From: Octopus sinensis
Lineage: Eukaryota
Assembly: GCF_006345805.1 (NCBI RefSeq)
Contig: NW_021835772.1
Coordinates: forward strand, 1 to 38,662
DNA length: 38,662 nt
Direction: 5' to 3'
Shown here piece after piece: positions 10,560-22,575 of this stretch. Below the pieces are notes generated by a model. That model saw only the letters and a list, made by a program, of their open reading frames with translations, ran no database searches and had not been told where the DNA came from. The stretch's first letter is position 1, and each line of letters starts with the position of its first letter. The position numbers and the translations under genes are program-made.

Positions 10560-11198
10560 CACTGGAGGGAACTGGGATTGTCTGCTCCTGAGGAGGTGGA
10601 GGACAGACGAAGTGAGAGAGTTTTCGACGACATAATTTCGAAGGCCACCTTCGACTCCCTCTTCATCCAGTCGGACCAGTTTTCAAGATGCTGCTTACTG
10701 TCTGCTAGCGCCAAATACTCGGATGACTGGATTGATGCCATCCTTGTGGCTAATGTTGGTGGCCTACTTATCTTGGACAAACGTCGTGTCTCCATTGCTC
10801 TCATATTGGGAGTTGACGTATGCACGGGTTTGGTCTGTCGTAGTGGCAGGCTCCTCGACTCCACGGGCTTCCATGGTTTTTCTTTCCACCTGAATCTTGG
10901 AACCATCTGGATTGTTCAGATGTGATAGGAAAAGACCTGACAGCCTCACCGAAGTGCCGTAATCGCGAGACAGATTCCTTGTCTGGATGTCACAGTTAGC
11001 GACTCCTTTGTTTCTCTTCACATCCTGGATGGTGCGGTCAGGGCGAGTTCTACAGCTTCTGCGGCCAATCGGAACAAAATCCTGAAATCCCGCGATGAGT
11101 CGGCCCATTTTCCATCCGCTGGCATTCCAGACGTTTGGTGGAGTCGGACCACTAACTGCGAGTTTCCTGTCTTCAATGGCAACTCACTAGCAATTCGC
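10560..11198 (+). mobile_element. CRE-like non-LTR retrotransposon fragment (post-RT, Zn-knuckle relic, PD-(D/E)xK endonuclease)
   Basis: DQFSRCCLLSASAKYSDDWIDAI...HGFS / ILEPSGLFRCDRKRPDSLTEVP*SRDRFLVW / DVTVSDSF...AANRNKILK / VAFQTFGGVGP. Confidence 0.8.
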
Positions 11199-11604
11199 GT
11201 ACATTTTTCACACATCTGGATTTTATTAATTATTACCAATGTCTTAAAATTTTAAAATAATACCTTCCTATATGTCCAGTTTCAGGTAAGGTTCCACTTC
11301 TATACTTGCACACAGACACCCACCCCTCTTCCCTTATTAATTCCCTCCTCATTCAACTGCTTTTCATCCAGTTCCAAGCACTTTGTCCGTTTCACTCTCT
11401 CTCTCTCTCTCTCTCCTCTCTCTCTCATCATTTATTCTTCTTTCTAACTGCTGTAAGCTTTTCCTTTCCTTCTGATGAAGGACTCACCTCTGAAATCTTG
11501 AGTTTTTCTCTTCTATTGAACGCAGTCCTGTCTATGATGTCCTTTATTATTATTCAAAGCATTTACATTATACATCAATTTCTGTCTGTCAGTGTGTATG
11601 TAGT

Positions 11605-12365
<761 letters not shown>

Positions 12366-12500
12366 CTATTAATAGAGAGATACTGAGATGACCAGGGTTT
12401 CGAAAGGTATTATACCTGAAATGAAAAAAACAATGAAGGAAAAAATTATTTAGAATATAATGAGGTTAATTCTAAATTTCTCGATGATCATGATATATAT

Positions 12501-12555
<55 letters not shown>

Positions 12556-12597
12556 AGGTATATGTGTATATATATATAATATATATTATATATATAT

Positions 12598-12682
12598 ATA
12601 TTGTACAGTTACTCCAAACATGAACAAAGAGAAAACACAACAATGCGAGGACGTGGAACAAGTATAGTGTTATTATATCTAT
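12598..12682 (-). repeat. Short TA-tailed dispersed repeat, fragment
   Basis: Reverse complement of ttgttccacgtcctcgcattgttgtg...tttggagtaac. Confidence 0.7.
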
Positions 12683-12705
12683 ATATACTGTAAATATATA
12701 TACTG

Positions 12706-12760
<55 letters not shown>

Positions 12761-13745
12761 TATATATATATAAAATTGAGGGAGATAAATTAATATTAAT
12801 TTTAATTTTAATATCAATTTAAAACCAGTAGTCCAGCATTCAAAAAATCTGAGGAGTCAGAGAAAATTCAAATATATGTGTATATGGCAGGGCTGGCCTG
12901 CTAGGTAGCCGGCCAGAATGCTAAATTCTTCCTCTAGAGAATTTCCCATATATATATATATATAGATATATATATATATTTATATTTGACTCTATTGAAT
13001 GTATGTCACAATTATGAACTATTACATCATACTCTTTAAACATATAGCATGGACTCTATATATATAAAAAAAAGAATTTTTGATAAGGTCGTTATTTCAA
13101 GAACCGAAATATGTTAAATTAAAATTTGTCTAATATAGCGGCATTTTCAAACTTCATTTTTTACAAATATATACCCACTCGTATACGAGCTAATCATATT
13201 ATAAATATCATATCACGTTCGAGCTCCCGAAAATGCCTACTAAAATAACACCAACGACATCTCCTCAATAATGAAGCGATACTGAAAGAATTGAAAAGCA
13301 TAAATTCAAATCTAACAGCAGTGTTAAACAAACTCAACTCAACATCTCGACCTTCTACACAAACTAACGAGTGAACCCGAATCGAATAAAACACCCTCTG
13401 AAATATACGAGAAAGTTGAAAATCTATGCGATACAATGAAGACATTCTTCACAAACTTTACGAAACAGAGCAACAAAAAGAAGGACCACATAAGAAGAAC
13501 CGAATAACTTAACATTACAAATAAGAACCAAGTCCTCCCCCAAGGAGAATACTACAGCGAAACAGAAAATTCGCTTTTTGGAAAATGATACAAATCAGAA
13601 TAAAGCAGAGATTTACCAAAAGTGGCTTGACTCAACACCCCTAATCATACCCCGCAAATTACAAATTAACCCCATCTTGGAAGAACCAGAAGAACACAGA
13701 AGACTTAGAGAAAAAATGTCATTAGAAAAAATGAAGATGGAAATA

Positions 13746-15031
13746 CGAGGGGCGTTCAATAAGTAATGCCCCTGACCCAATTCCCATAGCAGTAGAGCAA
13801 CGAAACTTGGCACAGTTATTAGTCTTTTTCTACATAGGAACCACTCAGAGTTACACATTTCTCCCATCGTTTGATGCAACTCTGGAGACCGTTTTTGTAG
13901 AAGACCCCAGCTTGGTCCTCCAACCACGACGTGACTTCAGAAATCAAGGCTGCATCATCTGGGAAACGCTTTCCTTTCAAAAAACAACTTCATGGCTGGC
14001 AAGAGGTGAAAATCAGAGGGTGCAAGGTCAGAAGTAGGGGGATAGGGAGGAGTTAATAGCTGCACGCCTGTGCTTCTGATCTGGCAACACGCGAGTTGTA
14101 GACCGGAGCGTTGTCCTGCAGAGGAGGATGCCTCTGCTGATCTTGCCCCGCCTCTTGATTTTGATAGCTTCTCTTAATTCCTCAAAAGTGAAGCATAATA
14201 GGCTCTTGTAATTGTGGTACCCTTTGCCAGGAAATCTGTCATCACTACTCCGTCCTGGCCCCAGAAGACTGTGAGCATGACCTTGCCAGCGGAGGGCTGC
14301 ACCCTTGCTTTCTTTGGAGGAGGTGAGTCACGGTGCTTCCACTGCATTGACTGGGCTTTGGTGTCTGGATCATAGTGATGGACCCAGGTTTCGTCCTGTG
14401 TAATCAGTCTTTTGAAAAATTTTGACTCATCTTCTTGGCACATCTCCAAATTCATCCTCGAGCACTCGACACGTTCTTGCTTCTGGAAAGGTGTGAGCAA
14501 CATGGGAATCCATCTGGCAGACACCTTTTGCATATGCAAATGGTCATGAATGATACTTTCCACAGACCCGGTACTAAACTTGACCTCATGGGCTATTTGG
14601 CGAATAGTTATGCGTCGATCTTCCAAAATGACAGCCTCAACTTGATGGAAAGATGCCTCATCAATGCAGAAGGGGTGCGACCAGATCTGGGAGCTGTTTC
14701 CGCAGAGTTCCAACCATGTTGAATTCACGATGCCAGCGTTTAACAAGGTCATATGATGGGGCATCATCACCATAAGTTACTTTCATTTCATCAAAAGTCT
14801 CCTGTGGTGTGCGTCCTTTCAAATACAAAAACCGGATACTGCTCGACACTCAACAGGCTCCATTTCAGACTTGACTCATTTCAAACACCTGTATTTCAGT
14901 AACCACAATTAGTTCAGAGCTGTAATTTGCCACTTAATCTATAGAGATATAAATAATTGCACATGTAAATTTTCAGCTAGATCAAACAACTGCAAGTGGG
15001 TCAGAGGCATTACTTATTGAACGCCCCCTCG
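13746..15031 (-). mobile_element. mariner transposon (1286 bp), TA target-site duplication, nested in the PLE
   Basis: ~34-bp TIRs cgagggg(g)cgttcaataagtaatgcc(c/t)ctgaccca; TA at 13744-45 and 15032-33. Confidence 0.96.
13819..14863 (-). pseudogene. mariner DD34D transposase, frameshifted
   Basis: ARWIPMLLT, ITQDETWVHHYDP, SAGKVMLTVFW, LLQDNAPV, C-terminus KRWEKCVTLSGSYVEKD*. Confidence 0.93.
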
Positions 15032-15299
15032 TAGAACTACTTAAGCTGAGAGCTAAGACGAATGAAGAAAAAGTAAAAACCATAGATGAGGAAATCAACG
15101 AAGAAGTCATCAACTAATAGACGACATCAATACTGAAACATTACTAGCACTATAGAATGAAGAATGTGAAAAAGAGAACTTAAGTCCCTCCAACGATGGG
15201 AAAAGAGCGCCATCTGGTTCTTGGATTATGAAACCAACTTCAAAAATGAACACATATCCAACAACCCCTTCATAAAATTAAGTAAAACAAAACAAATAC

Positions 15300-15570
15300 C
15301 AACAGAACGGAACAACCACCAAGAAATCCTAACACACACTCTACACCAGAAAAATACACTAAAACACCACCCCACACTACCTACACCAACCCCAAAACAC
15401 CTACAGAGGTCCACCACACCATTCGAGAATAGATATACCAACAGAACAGAACAACCACCAAGAATCCAAAACACTCTACACAGAAAAATACATTTAAACG
15501 CACCCCACACTACCTACACCAACCCCAAAAACACTTACAGGGGCCCACCACACCATTTCACGAACCAAGG
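15300..15570 (+). repeat. Imperfect ~135-bp tandem duplication inside the PLE ORF
   Basis: ctacac(c)agaaaaatac...cacactacctacaccaaccccaaaa...ccaccacacc at ~15340 and ~15477. Confidence 0.7.
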
Positions 15571-16269
15571 GCTACACATACAATTCTATGAAATACAATC
15601 CACATAACCAAACTAAAACTCTACCACCAAACATCCACCTAGGAACCACATACATACAAACCTAACAAACAACAAATGCACTACGGAAGAAACAACCCAC
15701 AACACAATATACCTGATGAACTAAGACAGAACACTAGGTACAACAGCACACCTCAGAACAGAGCACCACAAACTCACTCTAACAATTATAACAGCATGAG
15801 ACAGATAAACAGTAGTTTTGAACATAACTACACCAACCATTTTTAGACCTTACACACAGGAAAGGGACACACGATGGCAAAGGACAAACAAAAGAAACCT
15901 CAGGTAATTAAGATAATCAATCTCTCAAACAAAGAACTTACACCTAACGAAAAGTACTCTCCAAAGGATAAATTTACACCAACCCCACAACGTTCTAATT
16001 ACTATGAAATGAAAGATGATATTCGGAATTTTGCAGGAAACTAAGACTTACCGAGGAATTTCATGGCAAACAAATAAATGAGGATTCAATAGCTAGAAAC
16101 AAGAGCAATTACACCCCCACCAAGGGAAAGAATAAAGCCTTAGACCGCTATTGTGACTACATAACTAATTTCCGTTCAATTCACCAAGAAACAAAAACAC
16201 AGCCTAACTTTAACAAAAGAGAATGGAACGACCTCATCAAACTAAGAGGAGAACAAAGCAATAACAATA

Positions 16270-17530
16270 AGGAGGCAGACAAGGGCAACGCGATAGTAGT
16301 AATGATACAAACGATTATAAAAATTTAGTACTATCCCTATTAAGAGATGAAACGTATTATGAAAGGGCCCAACAGTATAATCAGCAAAAAAATAATGTAT
16401 AACCTTAGGACATTAATCAACACATACCGAGAAGGACTCACGGACAAGGAGTATGAATACATCACTAACTTCAAATGCAATCGAGTTTGTTTCTATGGTA
16501 TCCCTAAAGTACACAAAAGCCAAATAATTAGAGAAACATGCAAAACATCTACCGATATACTCATCAAAATCCCTTCACCAAATGATCTTAAACTTAGACC
16601 GATAATAGCAGGGCAAGCATGTGAGACTCACCGCCTCAGCAATTTCTTAGACACACTTCTTAAACTTTCCTAAAACACATCAAAAGCTACGTAAGAGACT
16701 ATATAGACATGCTCAAACCACCTCCCTAAAACAGTCAATGAGAAAACCCTTCTAGTATCATTCGACGTAGTTAACCTTTATTCAACATCCCTCACAACCT
16801 AGGAATAGAAGCGATCACCTTCTGGCTGAATAACTACTCCTTTGAACTCCCAACTCGCATAAACAAAGACTTATAATAGAAGGACTTAGATTTATTTTAG
16901 AAAACAATTACTTTATTTTTGACAATAATTTCTACAGACAAAGATCGGGAACAGCGATGGGCACGCGTACTGCACCTTCTTTTGCCAACCTAGTGATGGG
17001 ATACCTCGAGAAAATACTCTACCAGATAACACTCGAGAAATATGGAAAACCTTCTCCACCTATATCCAGAACAACTGGAAAAGAAACCTCGACGACTGTT
17101 TATATCTGGGATAAAAGTATAGAGAAACTTGAGGAATTTAAAATACTATTAAATGGAATAAATGATAATATTACAATTCACGATGGATCATAACGAAGAA
17201 GAATGACCATTTTTAGACATCCTCATTAAGAAAACCGGCAACAAAATAGAGACAGATATCTACTATAAACCGACAGACTCCAAACAGTACCTACCCTTTG
17301 ATTCATGCCACCCACGACACACTAGAATAAATGTCCCTTTTTGTTTAGCTAGAAGGATTTGCACCATAATATCAGACACAAACACCCGACACACACGTCT
17401 CCAGGAACTTAGAACCACACTCACAAATAGAAACTATCCACAGCCCCTAATAGACAGTGCAATCCAAAGGGCACTTAAATTAAGTATAGAAGACCTGAGA
17501 CAAACAAAACAAAAAAGAAAGAACAATTAA
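16270..17530 (+). pseudogene. PLE reverse transcriptase (frameshifted)
   Basis: ORFs 16347-16673 and 16957-17193 plus flanking frames (FLDILI, TDIYYKPTDSKQYLPFDSCHP). Confidence 0.88.
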
Positions 17531-17680
17531 AAACCCTTCCCTGCATCTCTACACACAACCCACTCAACAATGAGGCCTTCAGCACCATACTACAAAGCAC
17601 AGCCCTGCTAAAGGGAGACCCAAAGATGAACCGGATCCTCGAAACACACCATCATTAAAAGTAAACGGCAACCAAAATCC

Positions 17681-18154
17681 TTGAAAAGGATTTTAACCCA
17701 AGCTAAACTGCACTCGACATCAACCACAAAACCAGCAGTTAGAAAATGTGGAAGGCCCAACTGCGGAATCTGTGTCATCTTGGTAGAAGGTTCAGAATTT
17801 ATACTAGAACAAGGCCATCAGTTCACCATTAGAGCAAACTTCACCTGTGCATCAGAAAACTTAATTTACGTCTTAACATGCGCAGGCTGCAATAGGCAGT
17901 ATATAGGCCATACAAAAAATAGCTTACGTAACAGGATGGCGGTGCATAAATCACAAATTAGAAACCCTGAATACCGGAAAATACCGGTCAGCGGACACAT
18001 AGATAGATGTGCTGCAAATGTAAATCCGAAATTTACAACTTACCCACTTTATAAATTCAGTGACAGCGTAACCTTCACGCAACGCCAAAATAAAGAACTT
18101 TATTTCATCAAAAACTTTAGACCAAGTTTGAACACCCTGGGCCAGGAATATTAA
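17681..18154 (+). CDS. PLE GIY-YIG endonuclease (open 157-aa frame, C-terminal part of the decayed ORF)
   Basis: KCGRPNCGIC...FTCASENLIYVLTCAGCNRQYIGHTKNSLRNRMAVH...KELYFIKNFRPSLN. Confidence 0.85.
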   Translation: MKRILTQAKLHSTSTTKPAVRKCGRPNCGICVILVEGSEFILEQGHQFTIRANFTCASENLIYVLTCAGCNRQYIGHTKNSLRNRMAVHKSQIRNPEYRKIPVSGHIDRCAANVNPKFTTYPLYKFSDSVTFTQRQNKELYFIKNFRPSLNTLGQEY

Positions 18155-18393
18155 AACAAAACATTGGTCCTCCGAAAAAGAAAAACGAAATTCTACCACA
18201 ACCACTACGACTGCCCCAACTCGCACTACTACTACAACCACCGTGGTAACTGTTGCTACGGCCACAGTGAGAGAATTATAATAATGGAGGTGGGGTGAAT
18301 TACAATTTCTCAGATCCTTAAACAGTCACTCACGCTGACAGTGATATGTCTTAGGGAAGGAAAAATTTATAAAAAGATTTCTTTCTCTGCGAG

Positions 18394-18697
18394 CAGATCT
18401 AATTCTGATTCGTCAAAAAATTGATGACGTGTTACCTCAGTGGTCAAGCTATTGTCACTCTGCTTGGTCGGTTTCCTCACACGATACAGCTATGGGTCAG
18501 ACCCGATTCTGATTCGTCAAAACATTGATGACGTTTTTCTTCCGTGGTCAAACTACTCGTTCTGCTGGGCTAGCCACCTAACAGGATACAGTCATGGGTC
18601 AGATCTAATTTCGATTCGTCAAAAAATTGATGACGTGTTTTTTCCGTGGCCAAACTTGTCGTTTCGCTTGGTTGGTTTCCTAACAGGATACAGTTAG
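18394..18697 (+). repeat. ~103-bp tandem repeat x3 in the PLE 3' region
   Basis: cagatctaatt...gattcgtcaaaaaattgatgacg at 18394, 18498 and 18600. Confidence 0.9.
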
Positions 18698-19121
18698 GAG
18701 TCTTTTCACTATATTCGTTGAGGCTGGGTTTTGATTGGTTTGGAACTATATGACGTCAGTGAACAGTGCAAGTGACCACAGCTTAGCTGATATAAATCCA
18801 ACAATCACAAAATTTACCAAAATTATGCCAGCAGACACCAACCAAAAATCATTACTGTTGCTCCCATTGGAACACAAGGTAAAATCTATAATGAACTCCT
18901 CGTCTTTTCAAGAACATGAATTTTTTATATTTGACTCTATTGAATGTATGTCACAATTATGAACTATTACATCATACTCTTTAAACATATAGCATGGACT
19001 CTCTTTATTATATATATAAAAATTTTTTGATAAGGTTCGTTATTTCAAGAACCGAAACATGTTAAATTAAAATTTGTCTAATATAGCGGCATTTTCAAAC
19101 TTCATTTTTTACAAATATATA

Positions 19122-19315
19122 TATATAAACAAATAAACAGATCAACATACAGACGGATAGGTTCATAGGTTATAAGAACAGACAAGCACACAAAGGCAAA
19201 TGGAGACTGAATGACATGAAACACACACTTTACTTCACACAAGGACACATATGGAGACACGGGTCCACACATATAAAGAGGCATATCCATACATACAAAC
19301 ATGGTACATAGTTGC

Positions 19316-19348
<33 letters not shown>

Positions 19349-19980
19349 GGAGACAGGTGCATAAATATACAAACACACGCTCACACACACTCATACATAA
19401 AAAATACACAAATACGGACATGCAAGCACACGGATATGCAGAATTCATACGTACAGATGCAGACACATACATACGTATATGCATACACACACATATATAC
19501 ATACATACATGCATGCAAACATACATACTTGCATGCATGCATAGGCACAGACACACACACACACACACACACACAAGGAGACAGGTGCATAAATATACAA
19601 ACACACGCTCACACACACTCATACATAAAAAATACACAAATACGGACATGCAAGCACACGGATATGCAGAATTCATACGTACAGATGCAGACACATACAT
19701 ACGTATATGCATACACACACATATATACATACATACATGCATGCAAACATACATACTTGCATGCATGCATAGGCACAGACACACACACACACACTGATCC
19801 ACACACATGCGCACAAACAAACAAAAAGGAACACAGTGTAAATAACGGACAGAGTCAAGACCATTGAAAAGGTTGCAAGACGCAACGAAAATTTTTGGAA
19901 AATAAAAATAAGAAATAAGTGGAAATTTGACCGGTGAGCTTGTTAAATTATAAGACACAAAAATAAAATGACTCTCCCCA
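19122..19980. mobile_element. Microsatellite-rich dispersed repeat (same family as 8738-9615) with an internal 228-bp perfect tandem duplication
   Basis: Shares atatggagacacgg...aaggagacag...gtgtaaataacggacagagtcaagac...ctcccca; duplicated unit aagg at 19347 and 19575. Confidence 0.8.
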
Positions 19981-20020
19981 TAATTTCTATAATTCTATTT
20001 ACCCTAATATTATTTATTAT

Positions 20021-20065
<45 letters not shown>

Positions 20066-20202
20066 GTTATACAAAGAAGTAAATATATGGCACAACGAAG
20101 TACCGATATTTACTGGAAATAGCGAACGTGTGCAACAAACTAGAAAAAATTGTCTTACCTCCAGGGAGAACATCTGAAAGATGAAATACCTGGAAAAGGA
20201 TA

Positions 20203-20282
20203 ATGTGGGACCTGCGCAGGTTTCAGATTTTTCAAGATATGTCTGCACCCATAAACTTGATCTATCTTCATCAGCCAAACAT
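20203..20282 (-). ncRNA. Type I hammerhead ribozyme (copy 1)
   Basis: Exact reverse complement of 20658-20737. Confidence 0.8.
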
Positions 20283-20657
20283 ATACCACGACAACATTTC
20301 AGATGTTACCACATTAATGCCATTACACTCGACTGAAACGCCGAAACGCTAACAGCACGAGAACGGTGAAGAAGTTTCAATAAATTAGTAATGCAATACT
20401 AGAGTATTGCTTTCCAGTAAAGAATAGCCCGTGAGGGAAAAATATACAAAGAAGTAAATATATGGCACAACGAAGTACCGATATTTACTGGAAAATATTT
20501 TTCCCTCACGGGCTATTCTTTACTGGAAAGCAATACTCTAGTATTGCATTACTAATTTATTGAAACTTCTTCACCGTTCTCGTGCTGTTAGCGTTTCGGC
20601 GTTTCAGTCGAGTGTAATGGCATTAATGTGGTAACATCTGAAATGTTGTCGTGGTAT

Positions 20658-20737
20658 ATGTTTGGCTGATGAAGATAGATCAAGTTTATGGGTGCAGACA
20701 TATCTTGAAAAATCTGAAACCTGCGCAGGTCCCACAT
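20658..20737 (+). ncRNA. Type I hammerhead ribozyme (copy 2)
   Basis: Stem I atg(tt)tgg/ccacat; CTGATGA 20666-72; stem II agat/atct extended by tcaag/cttga and tatg/cata; GAAA 20716-19; stem III cctg-cg-cagg (palindrome acctgcgcaggt); GTC with cleavage predicted after 20731. Confidence 0.8.
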
Positions 20738-20999
20738 TATCCTTTTCCAGGTATTTCATCTTTCAGATGTTCTCCCTGGAGTAAGACAATTTTTTCTAGT
20801 TTGTTGCACTCACTCATTTTTGCTATACATACGCGGTGAAGCTATACATTAGCGTCGTATTATTACGTTCGCTATTTCCAGTAAACATCGGTACTTCGTT
20901 GTGCCATATATTTACTTCTTTGTATATTTTTCCCTCACGGGCTATTCTTTACTGGAAAGCAATACTCTAGTATTGCATTACTAATTTATTTATATTTAT

Positions 21000-21190
<191 letters not shown>

Positions 21191-21194
21191 TGTG

Positions 21195-21408
21195 TGCGTG
21201 TGTATGTTTGTGTGTTTGTCCCCCAATATCGCTTGACAACAGATGCTGCGTGTTTATGTCCCCGTAACTTAGCGGTTCAGTAAAGGAGACCGATAGAATA
21301 ACTGCTAGGCTTACAAAGAATAACTCCTGGTGTCGATTTGCTCGACTAAAAGCAGCGCTCCAGCATAGCCACAGTCAAATAACTGAAACAAGCAAAAGAG
21401 TAAAAGAG
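21195..21408 (+). mobile_element. SINE family 1 tail half
   Basis: tttgtcccc...atcgcttgacaac.gatgct...gaccgatagaata...cagtcaaataactgaaacaag. Confidence 0.85.
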
Positions 21409-21434
21409 TATATATATACACACACATAATACAT

Positions 21435-21499
<65 letters not shown>

Positions 21500-21642
21500 T
21501 ACACACACACACACACATACATACATCACTACAACTCGCACCACAAATACAGAGGCGTCTCCACCAGAAACTACCACGACTGCTACCACCAATACTAACA
21601 ATACTCCTTTTCAGGAAACGGAGAGAGAGAGACAGGTTATTT

Positions 21643-21905
21643 GCACCTAGAATACCAACAGATGTCCCCTTTCGTTTCAAACGATTGCAATTCCCAGTGA
21701 GAGTCAGTTACGCATTGACCCTTAACAAGTGCCAAGCTCAAACTCTGCAGCTTGTCGGTCTCCATTGAGAAGAGGGTTGTTTCTCACATAATCAATTATA
21801 TGTAGGTGGTTCCAGAGTAGAAAACCCACAGAAATTCTTTATTATGCTTCAAACAACTAAGTTAAAAGCATTGTGTATACAGAGTGGTTGCATACTGTCA
21901 AAATA
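21643..21905 (+). pseudogene. Helitron Rep/Hel PIF1-helicase C-terminal fragment
   Basis: APRIPTDVPFRFKRLQFPVRVSYALTLNKCQAQTLQLVGLH*EEGCFSHNQLYVGGSRV...KSIVYTE matches the Helitron consensus FKRLQFPVRLAFAMTINKAQGQ...CFSHGQLYVACSRV (from memory). Confidence 0.88.
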
Positions 21906-22223
21906 ACGTGACAGTCCCGTAAGGGAATTACACCACTGCTGTTTAGTCCTTGGAAGCATCGACGCTTCCTGTCGGCTTTGACATATTTCCTGTGTCCTTA
22001 TATTTGCGAAGGGGAGGCAAGCACCCCCAACAGCTAGGATTCGCTCCTCCACCGCTCATGTCTCTTTGAGACCTTTAGAAATCCAATATTTCTAATTACG
22101 GTGACCAGTGAATAGATTGCACTGTAAATATAGATATTTGCGACGGTTAGACAGGCATCTCAGCTAGCAGGGCTCACTATCCCGGACTGATGATATATAT
22201 ATATTTGTGTGTGTATATACATA

Positions 22224-22575
22224 TTGATAGCTGATCTCTTTGCTCTCTAGTGTGTGTGTGTGTGTGTGGAGAGAGAGAGTTGTTTTGCGTTGTTATAGTA
22301 TCCAATCAGCTGCATGCAGTTCAGATGCATTGGCTGTGGTATTTCCGTGTGTGATTCTTAACAGAAGAAGCCACACTCAAGAATTCAAGTTTCCATTGAA
22401 GCTACAGTAAGAAACTTTGGGAACTTATGAGAAATAGAATCTATTTTAATTGGCAAGTACAACATGTAAATTAATAACAGATCTGAACTGCACGCAGCTG
22501 ATTGTACACTATAGTAACTAAAAACAAATAACTTCCATACGCACTCACTAGAGGGGCAGAGAAAACAGCTATCAA
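22224..22575. mobile_element. MITE-like element with ~100-bp imperfect terminal inverted repeats
   Basis: ttgatagctg...caatcagctgcatgcagttcagat (22224-22326) vs atctgaactgcacgcagctgattg...cagctatcaa (22481-22575). Confidence 0.7.

Larger units (their letters stand above)
12979..19121 (+). mobile_element. Penelope-like element (RT + GIY-YIG), full length, decayed, with ~195-bp terminal direct repeats
   Basis: Direct repeats at 12979-13172 and 18924-19121. RT motifs EADKG, FYGIPKVHK, LRPII, FDVVNLYS, GTAMGTRTAPSFANLVMG. C-terminal GIY-YIG ORF. Confidence 0.9.
20069..20990. mobile_element. Head-to-head, partially tandem copies of a 429-bp non-coding hammerhead-bearing unit (retrozyme/PLE-like)
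   Basis: Right block period 429 (20495/20924); left block period 375 (20069/20444; lacks 55 nt). The arms are near-identical reverse complements. Flanked by (TA)n. Confidence 0.85.

Noticed and set aside
12385-12420. aggta-tta-tacct hairpin next to GAAAC..GTC on the minus strand
   Set aside because: No CUGAnGA core upstream, so it cannot be called a hammerhead.
18394-18697. Regularly spaced repeats as a possible CRISPR-like array
   Set aside because: The whole ~103-bp units are homologous, with no unique spacers; the context is eukaryotic TE DNA and there are no cas genes.
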